Assembly (NCBI GenBank): GCA_965153285.1
Contig: OZ229111.1
Strand: one strand, 5' to 3'
DNA: 64,000 bases
DNA from: Podarcis tiliguerta
Lineage: Eukaryota
Shown here: in pieces, positions 60,791-64,000 of the stretch
Layout: every line of letters starts with the position of its first letter
Position numbering within the stretch: position 1 is the stretch's first letter
Notes under the pieces: model-generated
Seen by the model: the letters and a program-made list of their open reading frames with translations, nothing else
Told to the model about the DNA's origin: nothing
Database searches by the model: none
Translations under genes and position numbers: made by a program

Positions 60791-61869
60791 TTCCTTACAA
60801 AGGCCTAAATTCATATGGTTCTTTCAAACAAATACGTACAGCATTTTGGGACAGCACATAGTCCTTAAATTTATTTATTACTTATTATAATATTATAGCA
60901 ATCTTTGGAATTCTTCTATGGCCCCCTTTCACCTCCCATTTGCATAGTTGGAAACATGTGTCAATGTTGTCTTTTCTTATAGGCAGTGGTAGAATTGGAA
61001 ATAGCACCTGGCCACCTGGCATAGGTAGCAACTTTCATGGAAAATACTGTAAAGCTTGAGGAACCAAGCTGGTAAAAGTTAGGATGGTGTATTAGTGGTT
61101 AGAATGTTGGACTAGGACTGGGGAGATTCAGTTTCAGTTCCCCACTCAGCCATAAATCTCACTGGGCGCTGTAAAAGCAGTAACATCAGAAGACAAGGAC
61201 GCATCAAGAATGACACATGGGAAGTCACTTAAACAAAATTGTATTCATTTGGAAATAATTTGTATAATTGGGTTAAGACCTGGAAAATCAGTTTTAGAAA
61301 TTGGCAAAAATAAATAAATCTTGCCCAAGGTCACACAGTAAGATTTTTTTTTTTTTTTGCCAATTTTTACAATCTAAGCAACCTCACAGGGTTGCTCTGA
61401 GAATGAAATAGAGCAGGGAAAACTTTGGAAGACAGTAGCATATATAAATGTAATGAGCATTTTCATATATATTTTTCATCCAAGTGGCCTCACCACCATT
61501 TTCAGTAGTATGCATATATGACTGCAAATATGATTGGAGGGCTCCCTCAGCTACTTTGTTCAGTCCTGGCTGTGTGACTCTTTAACAGCATTCTGTACTT
61601 GTGTTTGTGAAAAGAGCTTGACTTTATTTGGTTGAGCTTAACAGTGTACGTTGCCCTTGAAAAGGATCACAGGAGAATGTTGGTATCTACCACATAGAAA
61701 GATACAAAGGTTGTCAGCCCTAAGAAGTGCTTCCCCTAGTTAGTGTTACCGAAATGATCAAGATACTTACAAGATACTTTATTACAGGGCATAGCAACTT
61801 CTGCGGCATGTAATATTTGAGAGCAAAATATGGCCACATTCCCCCATGATTTGCTTCAGAAATAATATA

Positions 61870-62080
61870 CAGTGGTACCTCTGGTCACGAATGTAATTCG
61901 TTCTGGAGGTCTGTTCTTAAGCTGAAACCGTTCTTATCCTGAGGCGCACTTTCGCTAATGGCACCTCCCGCTCGCATCCTGGGGCAAAGTTCGCAACCGG
62001 GAGCAACTACTTCCGGGTTAGCGGAGCTAATAACCTGAAGCGTTAGTAAACAGATGCATTCGTAACTAGAGGTACCACTG
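61870..62080. mobile_element. Tigger/pogo-like MITE (same family as 6294)
   Basis: TIRs CAGTGGTACCTC / GAGGTACCACTG flanked by TA. Confidence 0.88.
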
Positions 62081-62250
62081 TACTAGGCTATCTTCTGATT
62101 TGGCGGCGGGGGGCAGGGTTGTTCCAATAGACTATTATTGGATGGTGACATCCTACTGTGGTTGATGTGATATACACTCAGAGAAACCAGGTGTGCAGGT
62201 ACCGTAACTGAAGCACGTGTACCTTTGTTTCCTCACTTTTCTCTGGACAG

Positions 62251-62361
62251 ACAGCTGATGATGCCGAAGATACCGTGGGGCATAAAAACTTCATGTCAGC
62301 AACAATGCAGACGGGGTTTTGCGACTGGAGTGCCAAGTATTTTGCTCAACCGGTGATGAAG
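62251..62361 (+). CDS. RPTOR: RPTOR exon (~24), 111 nt: TADDAEDTVGHKNFMSATMQTGFCDWSAKYFAQPVMK
   Basis: ggacag|ACAGCT...ATGAAG|gtacag. Confidence 0.96.
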
Positions 62362-62597
62362 GTACAGTCTGCCTTTCTTCTATAAGCCCTTTTTTGAATT
62401 GCAGAATCATTTGAATGCACCTCACCCTAAAAATCAAATTACTGTTTGCACATGTACACACATGCACACACATGTGCGCGCGCACACACACACACACATG
62501 CATATTCACGCTGCCAAGTTCTCATTCATGGTCCTCTCTCTCTCTCTTTGTTCATTTACTTTCTGTTCCAGGAGTTGAGCATTTATTTATTTATTTT

Positions 62598-62599
<2 letters not shown>

Positions 62600-62632
<33 letters not shown>
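62600..62632 (+). repeat. (CA)n microsatellite
   Basis: Seen directly. Confidence 0.95.
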
Positions 62633-62635
<3 letters not shown>

Positions 62636-64000
62636 CCACCCAGCAGCTATTGATTCCTTCTCTTCAGTAATAGCCTGACATGCAGATGGATAAATATTGC
62701 AGGCTTCATTCACAGAATGCTTTGTAACTGCTTGTCAGTTTTGTGCTTTAGCTAACACTTCCCAGCTCATGCTGAATCCATCCCGTATGGTTTTATCAGC
62801 AGTAGGAAAATAATACATGTGTGTGGAAGGAGAGTGGTGGTTTGTATTGTACTCATTGTTTTCATAAGCATGCCCCTGCTTCTGCCACGTTAAGAGTCCT
62901 GCCATTGGAACCCTATGATTGTGCTGCAAACTGAAGAAAGGCATGGGGCATGAAAGTCAGAGGTTACATATGTTTATAGCCAGTGCTGGATTAATGCACA
63001 AGCTAAGTAAACTACAATTTAGGGCTCAGATTATGAGGGGCCTCTAAATACAAAACACACATACAAATCCCCCCCCAAAAGATTTCTAAAGTTTTTATGA
63101 TCTGTTAAAACACACAGGAGAACATACATTTTTGTTCTAATGTGACAATAATATATTTAGTACCATATTTATCATACTGTGATTATAAATCAGCTATCAT
63201 TGGGTGACATCCATGGCTGTGCTCTCAAAAAAAATCATGAAAGAAAGTGTTTTACATTTTGTGTTATGTGCAGAACACACACAATAGATGCTGTGTGGAC
63301 TCTTCCACTTAGTAAGTGATAGACTGCATGTTTAACGGCTCTTGTGCTGCTCTAAAAACAAATCATATGTGCTAAGAGGGTACATTATATAGAAACAGGA
63401 ATACTGCAAGATAGTTTGTTAGTTTTTAATTGCATCCTCACTTATGTACCAGTATAAATTCAAATATAAAAGTGTATTATTTCATTGTCTTTTCTGTTAG
63501 AATAGTACACATTTGGAGGTAATGCTATGGGCTCTCTTGATCATGACACAGTTTAGGGCCTCCGTCTTAGCCCTGCTTATAGTGCCACTTGTTGCAAAAA
63601 GGTATAATGGGCCATATTGGGTGGTAGCAAGAACCTATATGTGGATCAACAGGATTGCAGGCTCCCTTTCCACATACACAGCACACCATAAAGGATGGCA
63701 GATCTCTTTCCACAGCCATGGGATCCCATTCTACCATACAAGATTCTGGGTACTTAGTGTGGCAGCCACTCTCTAGTTCAGGCATGGAGCAGGTTATGTT
63801 ATCGGGGCAGCTTTGCTGCCTACAATCAAGCAGTCATAGTAGAAAGTAAAATGACTTGCACATCCTCTGTACCTAATGATAAGCCAAATTGTGGCTTAGT
63901 GCAAATGCACAGACTCCCAAAGAGATTGTGGCCCCTTAGCTCCTCCCTGGTTGTTTTCCTGCTGTGCTGCACAGACCTGGACTCGTGGTTTAGCTCTCCT

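Larger units (their letters stand above)
3287..62361 (+). other. RPTOR: RPTOR (Raptor) gene body, partial: coding exons equivalent to human exons 10-24; the gene extends beyond both window ends
   Basis: 15 exons with AG/GT boundaries and compatible phases; the spliced translation matches recalled vertebrate Raptor almost residue for residue, from QAWDLAVDICLSQ to YFAQPVMK, with no indel. Confidence 0.98.

Noticed and set aside
1-64000. CRISPR arrays, operons, rRNA, snoRNA or a nested second gene
   Set aside because: No repeat-spacer array or recognisable structured RNA gene was seen; all convincing coding signal belongs to RPTOR or to decayed retroelements.

Overview
Vertebrate genomic DNA from a squamate reptile, most likely a lacertid lizard, judged from Sauria/Squam-type SINEs, a Bov-B 3' end and lizard-type MITEs. 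The whole window lies inside one + strand gene, RPTOR (Raptor, the mTORC1 scaffold). I traced 15 consecutive GT-AG coding exons (3287-62361; 1783 coding nt). They splice in frame and correspond to human exons 10-24 (about aa 379-973, numbering from recall of the human protein), covering the armadillo/HEAT region, the phospho-regulatory linker and the Rag-binding 'claw'. The introns hold L2, L1, CR1 and Bov-B fragments, four Sauria SINEs, other tRNA-derived SINEs, Tc1/mariner and hAT MITEs with target-site duplications (TSDs), two solo LTRs, microsatellites and a perfect 86-bp tandem duplication. Three observations stand out. (1) A young 763-bp solo LTR has a reading frame open from its second base for about 211 codons, ending in an Arg-rich motif. 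(2) A candidate microexon or alternative terminal exon with AATAAA sits just after exon 11. (3) The residues matching human Raptor T699/T700 are Ala-Pro here, next to a weak NAGNAG acceptor. No prokaryotic-type system is present, and all novelty claims are hypotheses needing searches I cannot run.
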